From an uncultured Gemmatimonadales bacterium (GTDB lineage: Bacteria; Gemmatimonadota; Gemmatimonadetes; Longimicrobiales; RSA9), in the NCBI GenBank assembly GCA_963798085.1, contig CAWCRS010000007.1:1760001-1824000 (forward strand): DNA of 64,000 nucleotides, read 5' to 3'. The number at the start of each line of letters is the position of its first letter. The first letter of the stretch is position 1. The translations under genes and the position numbers were made by a program. The notes beneath the pieces were generated by a model. It made no database searches. It was not told the DNA's origin and saw only the letters and a program-made list of their open reading frames with translations. Of the stretch, positions 11,337 to 20,874 are shown piece by piece.

Positions 11337-12191
11337 ATGTACGTGCTGCGTGAAGCGCTGCGCGCGTTCCGCCGCGCGCCCCTGCTGGCCGGATTGTCCG
11401 CCGGCATGATCGCGCTATCGCTGTTCCTGGTGGGCCTCTTCGGGATCGCCGCCTACAACATCCGCCGGGTGCTCGAGCGCGTGGAGTCGCGCGTCGAAGT
11501 GATCGCGTACCTCACTGATGACGCGACGCCCGAGGCAGTGAGTGAAGCGCAGCGTCAGATCGCCGGATACCCGGAAGTGCGCGAGGTGCGCTACATCTCG
11601 AAGGAAGCGGCGCTCATGCGTGCCAAGCGCGAGCTTCCGGAATTCGAATCGCTGTTCGGCGGGCTGGATGCCAATCCGCTGCCCGCATCGGTCGAAGTCA
11701 TGCTCAAGCCCAACCAGGCCGGACCGCAGGTTGTCGAATCGGTGGCGGCGCGCATCAAGCTGTACAACTTCGTCGAGGACGTGCGCTACGGCAGCGAGTG
11801 GCTGGACAAGATCTTCCTGCTGCGGCGAGTCGCTGCCACCGCCTCACTGGTGCTGGGCGCGGCCTTCGCCATCGTCGCGTCGCTGATCATCGGCGCAGCC
11901 ATTCGCATGGCCATCTACGCGCGTCGTGACGAGATCGTCATCATGCGCCTGGTCGGCGCGACCGAGAATTTTGTGCGCCAGCCGTTCCTGCTCGAGGGCC
12001 TGCTGGCCGGCGTGGTGGGGGGTGTGCTCGCGGTTGTCGTGACCTACGCCGCGTTCACGATTGTCTCGCGTTCGGTCATTCAGCTCGAGTGGCTGCCCAT
12101 GTCATGGATGGGTGCGGGTCTCGGCGCTGGCGCTCTCGTCGGTGTGCTGGCCAGCGCTGTTTCCGTGCGCCGCCATCTGAACGAGGTGTGA
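11337..12191 (+). CDS. ftsX: Cell division permease
   Basis: 4 transmembrane helices, NPLPAS, RRDEIVIMRLVGAT..FVRQPFLLEG. Confidence 0.95.
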   Translation: MYVLREALRAFRRAPLLAGLSAGMIALSLFLVGLFGIAAYNIRRVLERVESRVEVIAYLTDDATPEAVSEAQRQIAGYPEVREVRYISKEAALMRAKRELPEFESLFGGLDANPLPASVEVMLKPNQAGPQVVESVAARIKLYNFVEDVRYGSEWLDKIFLLRRVAATASLVLGAAFAIVASLIIGAAIRMAIYARRDEIVIMRLVGATENFVRQPFLLEGLLAGVVGGVLAVVVTYAAFTIVSRSVIQLEWLPMSWMGAGLGAGALVGVLASAVSVRRHLNEV

Positions 12192-13399
12192 CCGTGCGCC
12201 GGTGTCCTGCGATTCTGCTCGGTCTGTTGCTGCTGCCGCTGCCGGCAGCAGCACAGCAGGCGAATGCACAGAAGCAGCTGCGCGACAGCCAGGTGCGGCT
12301 GGACTCGATCCGCCAGGAACGCGCCCGCCTGCAGCGCGAAATGGACCAGCTGCAGACCCGGGCGCGCGACGCCTCCCGCGATCTCGTCAACATCGGCCGG
12401 CAGCGCGCCGCCTCCGTCAGCGCGTTGCAGGAGCTGGATTTTCAGGCCACTGTCGTGCAGGCCAGTGTAAACCAGACAGGGCAGGAGTTGACCGCCACCG
12501 AGCAGAAGCTGCACGACCGGTCCGCTGCGCTCAATCAGCGGCTGCGCTTCATCTACATGCGCGGCCCCCTCAGCGATGTGCGCGTGCTCCTCAGCGCCGA
12601 GAGCTTCGGCGATCTGCTCAGCCGCTACAAGTACCTGCACATGGTGACGCGGTACGATCAGATGGTGCTCACGGATGTGAAGCGGCTGGAAGCATCATCG
12701 AAGCTGCAGCAGGACGATCTGCAGCAGAGCATGGCGCAGCTCGATCGCGTGCGCTCGCAGAAGACGCATGAAGTGGAAGACCTGCGCCGGCTCGAGGGTC
12801 AATCGAAACAGGCGCTGGATCAGGTGAAGCAGGCGCAGGATGCCACGGCAGGCGCCATCAGCAAGGCAGCCAGCGACGAGCAGCGCCTGGGCAGCATCAT
12901 CGACCGACTGGAGAAGGAGCGTCTCGCCGAAGAGAAGCGCGCGGGCGCCGGCAATGCCACGCCCGCAACCATCACCACCACGGACCTCGGGACGCTCAAC
13001 TGGCCAGTGGAAGGGAAAGTAATCTATCGCTACGGCGCGGAGCGACGGCCCAACGGCGTCACCCTGATGAACAACGGGATCGGCATCGCGGCGCCGCCCG
13101 GAACGCCCGTGAAGGCGGTGGAAGCGGGCCGCGTGTCCCATGCCGGTCCGTTCGAAGGGTACGGCTCCATGGTCATGGTCAACCACGGTGGCGGTTACTA
13201 CACGCTGTACATGTATCTGAAAGCCGTGTCCGTGCGTGAGGGCGAGACCATTGCCGCGGGGCAGATCATCGGCACCGTGGGTGGCGAATCGTCGGAGGAA
13301 GGCGCGCACCTCGAATTCCAGGTGCGCGCACCCGTACGCGGCACCCTTCCCGAGGCGGTGGATCCATTGACCTGGCTGCGTTCCCGCGGCGGATCGTGA
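12188..13399 (+). CDS. envC: Murein hydrolase activator EnvC (coiled coil + degenerate M23)
   Basis: GTGA overlap with ftsX; signal peptide, long coiled coil, WPVEG...NNGIGI...LEFQVR with the Zn ligands of active M23 enzymes mostly missing. Confidence 0.88.
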   Translation: MTVRRCPAILLGLLLLPLPAAAQQANAQKQLRDSQVRLDSIRQERARLQREMDQLQTRARDASRDLVNIGRQRAASVSALQELDFQATVVQASVNQTGQELTATEQKLHDRSAALNQRLRFIYMRGPLSDVRVLLSAESFGDLLSRYKYLHMVTRYDQMVLTDVKRLEASSKLQQDDLQQSMAQLDRVRSQKTHEVEDLRRLEGQSKQALDQVKQAQDATAGAISKAASDEQRLGSIIDRLEKERLAEEKRAGAGNATPATITTTDLGTLNWPVEGKVIYRYGAERRPNGVTLMNNGIGIAAPPGTPVKAVEAGRVSHAGPFEGYGSMVMVNHGGGYYTLYMYLKAVSVREGETIAAGQIIGTVGGESSEEGAHLEFQVRAPVRGTLPEAVDPLTWLRSRGGS

Positions 13400-14574
13400 G
13401 CGGGCTCGCGCCGGTACGCGGACACGACCGGGTGCGCCGCCAGCTGGCCGCAGCCCTGCTGCGCGCCGAGCTCGCGCCGGGGTTGCTCTTCGTGGGCCCG
13501 GCCGGGGTTGGCAAACAGCGTGTTGCGCTCTGGCTGGCACAGCTCCGGCTCTGTGAGCGGCCCACGCTCGACGGGCCCTGCGGCCAGTGCCGGCCCTGCC
13601 GACTGGTGCTGCGACTCGAACACCCCGATGTGCACTGGTTCTTCCCGCTGGCCCGGCCCAAGGTCTCCGGTGGTGCGGAGCGTCTGGGCGAAGCCCTCGA
13701 GGATGCGCGCGCCGTAGAGCTCGCTGCCCGCCGCGAAGACCCGTATTACACGGATTACAGTGATGAGCCAAGCGGCATCTACCTGGCGCACGCGCAGGTG
13801 ATCCGGCGCATGGCCGGCAGCCGGCCGGCCATGGCGGCGCACAAGGTGTTCGTGATCGGTAATGCCGATCTGCTCGTGCCCCAGGAAGCCAGTCCGGAGG
13901 CGGCTAACGCGCTGTTGAAACTGCTGGAGGAGCCGCCCACGGACACCACGCTGATTTTGACGACGAGCGAGGCCGACGCCCTGCTGCCCACGATCCGGTC
14001 GCGGCTGCTGCCGGTGCGCTTCGCGGCGCTGCCCGAAGCGGAAGTGACCGCCTTCCTGCAGGAAGTACGGCAACTCAATGCCGCGCAGGCCGGACTCGTG
14101 GCGCGACTGTCCCAGGGATCGATCGGCCGCGCCCTGGCGTTCCTGCCGCAGGGCAGTGATGCGGGGCCTCTCGAAGCCGCGCGCCAGCGGGCGTGCCAGC
14201 TGCTGGATGCCGCGCTCGACCTGTCGTCGCCGCAGCGCTTCGCGCTGGCCCTGGCACAGCAGCCGTACTCCGCCCGCGGCGACTTCAGCGCCACGCTCGA
14301 GTTCCTGACGCTCTGGCTGCGCGATCTGGCAGCCGTCGCCGCGGGCGCGCCCGAGGCCGTGGTGAATGCCGATGCCGTAGCCTGGCTGCAGCAGCGCGCG
14401 GACGCCCACCCGGCCGCGGGCGAGGGCGCTGCGGGCGCCATTCTCGCCGTGCAGCACGTGCAGGCGCTCACGCAGTTCAACATCAATCCGCAGGTGGCGC
14501 TGGGCAATGTGGTCCGCACCGTGGGCGAGCACCTGCGCCTTGCGCCCGGCGGACTGGCCGGCATCAGCGCCTGA
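13396..14574 (+). CDS. holB: DNA polymerase III subunit delta'
   Basis: [16 protein letters not shown] Zn motif, [23 protein letters not shown]. Confidence 0.92.
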   Translation: MSGLAPVRGHDRVRRQLAAALLRAELAPGLLFVGPAGVGKQRVALWLAQLRLCERPTLDGPCGQCRPCRLVLRLEHPDVHWFFPLARPKVSGGAERLGEALEDARAVELAARREDPYYTDYSDEPSGIYLAHAQVIRRMAGSRPAMAAHKVFVIGNADLLVPQEASPEAANALLKLLEEPPTDTTLILTTSEADALLPTIRSRLLPVRFAALPEAEVTAFLQEVRQLNAAQAGLVARLSQGSIGRALAFLPQGSDAGPLEAARQRACQLLDAALDLSSPQRFALALAQQPYSARGDFSATLEFLTLWLRDLAAVAAGAPEAVVNADAVAWLQQRADAHPAAGEGAAGAILAVQHVQALTQFNINPQVALGNVVRTVGEHLRLAPGGLAGISA

Positions 14575-14618
14575 GGCCGACGGCCTCTCACAACCTGTTG
14601 GACCGACGCGCCGATCCC

Positions 14619-15182
14619 ATGCGAGGACCTGTGCCGACACGCAAACACCGCAGCGCGCGCGCTGCCCGCCTGACGCACGTGGATGAGACCGGTCGCCCGC
14701 ACATGGTGGATGTGGGCGCCAAGGAAGTGACCGAGCGCGTCGCGCGGGCCGAGGGGCGATTGCTGATGCAGCCGGAAACGCTGGCACTCCTGCGCTCCGG
14801 CAGCACACCGAAAGGCGATCCTCTGCTGGTGGCGCAGATCGCCGGGCTGCAGGCGGCGAAACGAACGGCGGAGCTGATCCCGCTCTGCCACCCGCTGCCG
14901 CTGACGCACGTCAAGGTCGATGTCGAATTGGAAGAGGCGCCGCCGGCGGTACACGTCACCGCGAGCACGAAGGTCGCCGGCCGCACGGGCGTCGAAATGG
15001 AGGCGCTCACCGCTGTCAGCGTGGCGCTGCTGACCGCCTACGACATGCTGAAGGCGGTGGATCGCGGCATGACCATCACGGACATCCGGCTGCTGCAGAA
15101 GAGCGGCGGACGGAGCGGTACATGGACGCGCGTCGTCGCCCCGGATGCGGTTGCCCCGCGCAGTCGCAAACGGCGCGGGTGA
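14619..15182 (+). CDS. moaC: Cyclic pyranopterin monophosphate synthase
   Basis: [43 protein letters not shown]; start uncertain (14619 or 14631). Confidence 0.95.
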   Translation: MRGPVPTRKHRSARAARLTHVDETGRPHMVDVGAKEVTERVARAEGRLLMQPETLALLRSGSTPKGDPLLVAQIAGLQAAKRTAELIPLCHPLPLTHVKVDVELEEAPPAVHVTASTKVAGRTGVEMEALTAVSVALLTAYDMLKAVDRGMTITDIRLLQKSGGRSGTWTRVVAPDAVAPRSRKRRG

Positions 15183-15185
15183 GGG

Positions 15186-16619
15186 TCAGCGCGAGGCCTT
15201 CACCACCAGCCGGTCACCCACGTGCAACACACTGTTAAGACGCAGTGCGTTCCACTCGAGCAGGTCCTGCGTGCGCACGCCGTAGTGGCGCGCAATCGCT
15301 GACAGCGTCTCGCCACGCTTCACCTTGTGCACGGTGGGCGTGACAGCCTTCGCCGAGGGTTTCCTGGGGCTGGAACTGCCGGGCCGCGACGCGATCTGCT
15401 CCGACGCCACCAGTCGGATGGAACCGCGCGGAATCCGCAGGCGCTGGCCCACGCGCAGCTGGTTGGCCCGCTTGATCCCGTTCGTCTCCTGCAACAGGCC
15501 CACACTCGTGCCGTACTGGTGCGCGATCGCGCCCAGGGTCTCACCCCGCTTCACCGTGTGCTCGAGAAAACGCACCCGCTGTTCCGGCGGGATGTTGGCG
15601 AATGCGGCTCGGAAGTCTTCCCCTGTGCCGGGCGGCAGATAGACGATCGTGCTGCGACCCGGCGGTGTCACCTGTTTCGGCAGCTGCGGATTCATGTCGA
15701 TGACTTCCTGCACAGACACGCCCGCGGCTCCGGCAATTACGCTGAGGTCGGTTGCGTCGGGGATGGTCACGGTATCCCTGGAAACGGGCTGCAACTGGAT
15801 CACATCGCCGAAGCCGAAGCGGTCGCGATTGCGCCCGATGATGGTGGCGGCGATCAGCTTGGGTACGTAATCCCGTGTTTCCCGCGGGAGCGCGGCGTGG
15901 ATACGCCAGAACAGGGAATCCGAGCCATCCGCGTTGGGGGCGCGTTTTGCGATTGCGCGATCCACGCGACCGGCGCCGCTGTTGTAAGCGGCGGCGGCCA
16001 GGTACCAGCTGTTGTAGCGGTCGTGCAGCTTCTCGAGGTGATTGAGTGCTGCATCCGTGGCCAGCTCGACGTTGCGGCGCTCGTCCAGGTATTCGGAAAC
16101 CTCGAGTCCCTCAATGCGGGCCGTGCCGGTCACGAACTGCCACATGCCCACCGCCTTGGCGCGTGAGCGCGCGACAGGCGAGAACCCGCTCTCGATCAGG
16201 GCGAGGTAGAGCAGCTCCTCGGGCAGGCCCCGGTCCCTCAACTTCTGCGTGATCAGGCCCTCGAAGCGCCCTTCGCGCGAGAGGTACGTCGCGAAATGGT
16301 CGCGCTCGGGTCCGGTGAAGATGTCGAGCCAGTACTGCACGCGTGGATTGATGACGAGGGGGATGCTGGTGCCCGACAGATCCAGGCCCTCAGGCGCCGC
16401 GGTGGTGCTCTCCGGTACCGAATCGCCGGGGGGCTCCGGGAACGGCGCCGGCTCCAGACCCGTCGGGTCCGAAATATCGACGTCGTCCACATCGAGCAGA
16501 GCGGGCGGCAGAATGACGGTCACTTCCGGCCGCGGTGGCAGGGGCTCGGAAGGCGCGTGTGCGCAGGCCGCCAGGACGGGCAGCATCGCCAGGTAATATG
16601 GAAACCGCATGAACCTCAC
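15186..16619 (-). CDS. mltD: MltD-like lytic transglycosylase lipoprotein with two LysM domains
   Basis: Lipobox LAAC; LALIESGF..A.S.AKAVGMWQF, AAYNSG, ETRDYVPK; two LysM repeats (HTVKRGETL, HKVKRGETL). Confidence 0.9.
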   Translation of the reverse strand: MRFMRFPYYLAMLPVLAACAHAPSEPLPPRPEVTVILPPALLDVDDVDISDPTGLEPAPFPEPPGDSVPESTTAAPEGLDLSGTSIPLVINPRVQYWLDIFTGPERDHFATYLSREGRFEGLITQKLRDRGLPEELLYLALIESGFSPVARSRAKAVGMWQFVTGTARIEGLEVSEYLDERRNVELATDAALNHLEKLHDRYNSWYLAAAAYNSGAGRVDRAIAKRAPNADGSDSLFWRIHAALPRETRDYVPKLIAATIIGRNRDRFGFGDVIQLQPVSRDTVTIPDATDLSVIAGAAGVSVQEVIDMNPQLPKQVTPPGRSTIVYLPPGTGEDFRAAFANIPPEQRVRFLEHTVKRGETLGAIAHQYGTSVGLLQETNGIKRANQLRVGQRLRIPRGSIRLVASEQIASRPGSSSPRKPSAKAVTPTVHKVKRGETLSAIARHYGVRTQDLLEWNALRLNSVLHVGDRLVVKASR

Positions 16620-17239
16620 CGGGTGACGAGGTAGTTGCCGAGCAGTCGATTCAACGCATGCAGCACGGCAAGCGCCGCGGCCCGCAGTGGTTCCTTCCCC
16701 ACAAGCACAGCGCCGAGGTACTTCTGGAAATCCGGCCCCGGGCGATAGAGCGACACTACCATGAGTTCCGCGTCGAACGCCCGGACCTGCTTCACACCGG
16801 CCAGCCTCACTCCCACGGGGCGGTCCGATACGCCATCAAGAGCTTCCAGAGCGGCCTGTGCCGCCGTCCTCAATTCGATGTTGATTCCCTTCTCACCGGT
16901 TGCCTCGCCTTCCGCGCGCTTCCCCTTCCACTCCAGGGCCACGCGCACACGGACGTGCATATCGGCCTCTTCGACGCGTTCCACGCCCTCGAAGCGAACC
17001 CGCTCGCGGTCTCGCTGATCGGCCCGGATCAGGGCCTCCACCCTGAGACCCTCGCCGGCAAGCCCCTCGGATCGGATCGCCGCCTGAGCGGCTTCCGTGA
17101 CCTCGGAGGCATTGGCCTGCGGCTGGCAGACCAGCCAGATGCAGTGCTCCTCGATAATGGCATGGTCGACGCCAGCCAGGGCCTCGAGTTTTTCGTGCAG
17201 CGCCGGGAGTAAACGCGTGTTCTGGGCCACCAGAGTCAT
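16616..17239 (-). CDS. Hypothetical protein, possible LeuA-regulatory-domain-like fold
   Basis: Clean 207-aa ORF; its stop overlaps the mltD start (GTGA); duplicated G...AA..A.L.AL motif. Confidence 0.75.
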   Translation of the reverse strand: MTLVAQNTRLLPALHEKLEALAGVDHAIIEEHCIWLVCQPQANASEVTEAAQAAIRSEGLAGEGLRVEALIRADQRDRERVRFEGVERVEEADMHVRVRVALEWKGKRAEGEATGEKGINIELRTAAQAALEALDGVSDRPVGVRLAGVKQVRAFDAELMVVSLYRPGPDFQKYLGAVLVGKEPLRAAALAVLHALNRLLGNYLVTR

Positions 17240-17348
17240 TCGAATCTCGGGTTCCGTTCGACTGCGAGGAGACCGGGGAGGGAAGAGGCGGGACTACCCA
17301 CGTAAGCGAAGCGTCGACCGGCTGTCAAGCCAGGAACAGCCTGCTCCG

Positions 17349-18818
17349 TCACAGGTGGTAGTTCGGTGCCTCCCTCGTGATCGCGACGTCGTGCGGATGC
17401 GATTCCCGCAACCCGCCCAGCGTAATGGGCATGAAGCTCGGCCTCGACTGCAGCTCCTGGATCGTGCGGCAGCCCAGGTATCCCATGCCGCTGCGCAACC
17501 CGCCCACCAGCTGGAAAACGACGTCCGTCGCGGGCCCTTTGTACGGGACCCGCCCCTCGATGCCCTCCGGGACGAACTTTCTGTTTTCCTGCACTTCTTC
17601 CTGGAAGTATCGGTCGGCAGAGCCCTGTTCCATTGCTGACAGGGATCCCATGCCGCGAACCGTCTTGAATCGGCGCCCCTCGAGCAGGAAACTCTCGCCC
17701 GGGCTTTCCTCCGTTCCGGCCAGGAGAGAGCCGAGCATCACGGCCGCCGCCCCCGCCGCCAGCGACTTCACAATGTCGCCGGAATAGCGAACACCGCCGT
17801 CGGCAATGATGGGGATTGCGTTCTCCACCCCCTCCACCGCGTCCATGATGGCCGTGATCTGGGGCACACCGACTCCCGTTACCACCCGAGTGGTGCAAAT
17901 GCTCCCGGGCCCGATCCCGACCTTGACCGCGTTGGCCCCGCGCTCCTTCAGGGCCCGGGCGCCGCCGGCGGTCGCCACATTGCCGGCAATGATCTGCGCT
18001 TCCGGGAACCGCTCCCGCGTCCGGGCCAGAGCCGCCAGAACCCCGACGGAATGGCCGTGCGCCGTGTCTATGACCAGAACGTCGCAGCCTGCCGCCAGCA
18101 GGGCTTCGGCCCGCGCCAGGTCGTTGATGGAGGTGCCTATTGCCGCTCCCGTACGCAGGCGGCCGTGACTGTCCTTCGAGGCATTCGGAAACTGCCGCCG
18201 CTTGAAGATGTCCTTCACCGTGATCAGCCCGCGCAGGCGTCCACTCTCGTCGACGACCGGCAGCTTCTCAATGCGTTCCCGGTGCAGGATTCGTTCGGCC
18301 TCTTCCAGCAATGTGCCCACCGGCGTCGTGATCAGACCCTCCGAGGTCATGATTTCGTGGACAGGCCGGTCCATACGAGTCTCGAACTGTAGATCGCGAT
18401 TCGTCAGGATGCCGCGCAGGAAGCCGGCTTCATCGACAATGGGAACGCCGCTGATGGAAAACCGCTCCATCATGCGAAGGGCCTCATGGAGCGGACGATC
18501 GGGAGTAAGCGTGATGGGGTTGAGGATCATTCCGCTTTCCGAGCGCTTGACGCGATCGACCTCTTCGACCTGCTGGTCAATGCCCATGTTCTTGTGGATG
18601 ATTCCGAGTCCGCCTTCACGCGCAATGGCGATGGCCATGCGCGATTCTGTGACCGTGTCCATTGCCGCCGAGAGCAGCGGGATGCTCAACTCGATGGCCG
18701 CTGCGAGCCGGGTGCTGACGGATGTTTCGCGTGGATGCACCTCGGAGTAGGACGGGACGAGCAGCACATCGTCGAAGGTGAGGCCCTGAGGAACGAACCG
18801 GTTGGCGCGATCGGTCAT
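17349..18818 (-). CDS. guaB: Inosine-5'-monophosphate dehydrogenase
   Basis: [20 protein letters not shown] pair, [27 protein letters not shown]. Confidence 0.98.
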   Translation of the reverse strand: MTDRANRFVPQGLTFDDVLLVPSYSEVHPRETSVSTRLAAAIELSIPLLSAAMDTVTESRMAIAIAREGGLGIIHKNMGIDQQVEEVDRVKRSESGMILNPITLTPDRPLHEALRMMERFSISGVPIVDEAGFLRGILTNRDLQFETRMDRPVHEIMTSEGLITTPVGTLLEEAERILHRERIEKLPVVDESGRLRGLITVKDIFKRRQFPNASKDSHGRLRTGAAIGTSINDLARAEALLAAGCDVLVIDTAHGHSVGVLAALARTRERFPEAQIIAGNVATAGGARALKERGANAVKVGIGPGSICTTRVVTGVGVPQITAIMDAVEGVENAIPIIADGGVRYSGDIVKSLAAGAAAVMLGSLLAGTEESPGESFLLEGRRFKTVRGMGSLSAMEQGSADRYFQEEVQENRKFVPEGIEGRVPYKGPATDVVFQLVGGLRSGMGYLGCRTIQELQSRPSFMPITLGGLRESHPHDVAITREAPNYHL

Positions 18819-18830
18819 ATCCCTTTCCCG

Positions 18831-18885
18831 AAAACGAAAAACGCCCGCGGCCGGGGAGTTTCACTCCGCCAGGGCCAGCGGGCGC
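18831..18885 (-). terminator. Intrinsic-terminator-like hairpin in the guaB 5' leader (candidate attenuator)
   Basis: Minus strand GCGCCCGC-T-GGCC...GGAGT-GAA-ACTCC...GGCC-GCGGGCGT followed by TTTTCGTTTT, just upstream of the guaB ribosome-binding site. Confidence 0.7.
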
Positions 18886-18924
18886 ATCCTTGGACGCTCG
18901 CCTGTATCAGGTCTTCCATGCGGC

Positions 18925-18954
18925 AAGCTAGAGACGCCGGTCGGCAGGTGTCAA
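18925..18954 (-). promoter_or_regulatory. Putative sigma70 promoter for guaB, TTGACA-N18-TAGCTT
   Basis: Perfect -35 at 18954-18949 and TAnnnT -10 at 18930-18925. Confidence 0.55.
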
Positions 18955-18992
18955 GCAGCGCAACTGTCGCCTGGATGCGCGCATCGGGTGGT

Positions 18993-19415
18993 TCAACTGG
19001 CGCGCGTCCAGCGGTCCAGAGTGCGGCGGATCGGGTTGGGCAGGAGGCGGCCCACGTCGCTCACGCGCTCCAGCAGGTAACCCAGTTCACGAGGGTCGCC
19101 GTCCCAATGCTCGAGCAGAAGATCCGGTCCGATGCCACCCAGCAGGCGGGTCAGCGCCATTCCCACCAGATACACGTCGTCGAACCAGCCGAGAAAGCCC
19201 AGGAAGTCCGGAATCAGATCGGCGGGCGTGAGCACATAGAAGAGCACGAACCCGAAGATCGCCTTGTCCAGCGTGGAAACGCGCGCGTCACGCACCAGGC
19301 GGAAGAGCAGTCGGATCAGACGCGGGAGATTGCGTATGAGTGCGAGCGCTACGCCGGTCGCATCGAGTCGGCGCCGTCGCCGCCGACGACCTGCGAAACG
19401 GCGTCTGTCGCGCAC
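18993..19415 (-). CDS. YkvA/DUF1232 family membrane protein
   Basis: D.RV...K......YVLTPADLIPDFLGFLGWFDDV motif; GTG start 1 nt after the upstream stop. Confidence 0.85.
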   Translation of the reverse strand: MRDRRRFAGRRRRRRRLDATGVALALIRNLPRLIRLLFRLVRDARVSTLDKAIFGFVLFYVLTPADLIPDFLGFLGWFDDVYLVGMALTRLLGGIGPDLLLEHWDGDPRELGYLLERVSDVGRLLPNPIRRTLDRWTRAS

Positions 19416-19416
19416 G

Positions 19417-19779
19417 TTACTCGCCCGGACGCGCGGGTTGCGCGCCGCCCGTCTTCTGCACTCCGGTTCCCGGTTCGCTCTGGCCTTCACCCAGAATCGT
19501 GCGACTGATTTCACGGCCGGCGTCGGCAACGCCCTGAAAGACACGCCGCGCGGTTCCCACCATGCCCACGGTGCCACTGATGACCTTCGGTGCCACGTTG
19601 CGCATGCGCATGCTGTCTTCGAGACGCTCGGCAAAGCGCTGCAGTCCGTCCGGCCGCGCGGCACGCGCGGCTGCGTATTTGCTCTCCAGGAATTCAATGT
19701 AATCCAGCACCTGGTAGACCTGCGCCTCCGGCAGGACGTTCAGCTTGCGCATGAGGCGCTCACGCAGGATGTCGTGCAT
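19417..19779 (-). CDS. Hypothetical protein with DUF2281-like N-terminus
   Basis: MHDILRERLMRKLNVLPEAQVYQVLDYIEFLESKY (LP....EVLD(F/Y)IEFL pattern). Confidence 0.75.
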   Translation of the reverse strand: MHDILRERLMRKLNVLPEAQVYQVLDYIEFLESKYAAARAARPDGLQRFAERLEDSMRMRNVAPKVISGTVGMVGTARRVFQGVADAGREISRTILGEGQSEPGTGVQKTGGAQPARPGE

Positions 19780-20016
19780 GACTTTCGATCCACTGTTACC
19801 GAGCGAGCTTCGCCACTCGCTCCAAGTCGAAGAATAACGCCGCTGCCGCCAGCTGGAAACGCACCACCCGTGGCGAGGGATTCCACTACTACGCCCCGCC
19901 GGGACGGGCGGTTGCAGCAGTTCAGGCCCTCGCCTAACGTACCGTGCGCGCCGTCGAGTGTGCTCGTACCTGTGCCGCGCGGGCTGATGCACCCTCTCAC
20001 GGAGGATTTCAGACAC

Positions 20017-20865
20017 ATGCCTTTTCTGCCGCTGCGGCAAGTCGTTCTGCCCGACGCTACGGAGCACCTGTACGAGACATGGCTTCAGGAACTGGCGCGA
20101 CGCCTTGAGCGTCCGGACTGCGATCGCAACGAGTTGTGCCGCGAACTCCTCACGGACCTGTACTACCCCGAACTGCGGGATCGACCGATGGCGTCGCTTT
20201 CCTCGACCTCGCAGCTGGCGCTGGCGCAGATGGATCCGCGCAATGTCACGCTGGAATCCGAATATTACGCCGACATCGACGCCGCGCGCTTCGCACCGGT
20301 CAAGCCGCTGCTCTGGCTATGGGAGATGTTCGACAAGAGTCCGGCAGGCGAGAACGTCGAGCTGGGTGTGCGCTTCCGGCGCGTGCTGGCGCATCACATC
20401 TTCCGCCGCTGCGGCCGCAACTTCAAATGCTTCCAGTTCGTGAAGTTTTCCTTCGGCTACAACATCGAGGCAGGCGACGACGTGGTGATCCACCGCTACG
20501 TCCTGCTCAATGATCGCGGCGGAATCGTGCTCGGCGATCGCTCATCGGTAGCGGATTACGGCAACGTCTATTCCCACACCCACGACCTGGGCGACCAGCG
20601 CGTTGTGTCCTCGCCTGTCACCACGCTCGAAGAAGGCACACGTCTCACCTATCACGCCACGCTCCTCGCCGGCAACCGCATGGAACGCGACTCCATGCTG
20701 GGTGCCATGGCCGTGGCGACGAAGGACGTGCCCGCGGGCTACGTCGCGGTGGGCATCCCCGCTGTACCGAAGATCCAGAAGCCCACGCCGGAAGCCCGGG
20801 CGAAACTGCCTGCCACGAGCGACCCGCTCGCGGGCCTGCAGGACGATGCGGCGGCCCGCACGTAG
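20017..20865 (+). CDS. Left-handed beta-helix (hexapeptide) acyltransferase
   Basis: GDDVVIHRY..., YSHTH, TTLEEGTRLTYHATLLAG, MLGAMAVATKDVP...VGIPA. Confidence 0.85.
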   Translation: MPFLPLRQVVLPDATEHLYETWLQELARRLERPDCDRNELCRELLTDLYYPELRDRPMASLSSTSQLALAQMDPRNVTLESEYYADIDAARFAPVKPLLWLWEMFDKSPAGENVELGVRFRRVLAHHIFRRCGRNFKCFQFVKFSFGYNIEAGDDVVIHRYVLLNDRGGIVLGDRSSVADYGNVYSHTHDLGDQRVVSSPVTTLEEGTRLTYHATLLAGNRMERDSMLGAMAVATKDVPAGYVAVGIPAVPKIQKPTPEARAKLPATSDPLAGLQDDAAART

Positions 20866-20874
20866 GTCGCGCCG

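Noticed and set aside
18819..18920. Known purine, ZTP or PRPP riboswitch upstream of guaB
   Set aside because: Their conserved core sequences are not visible by eye; the region is kept only as a candidate novel attenuator.
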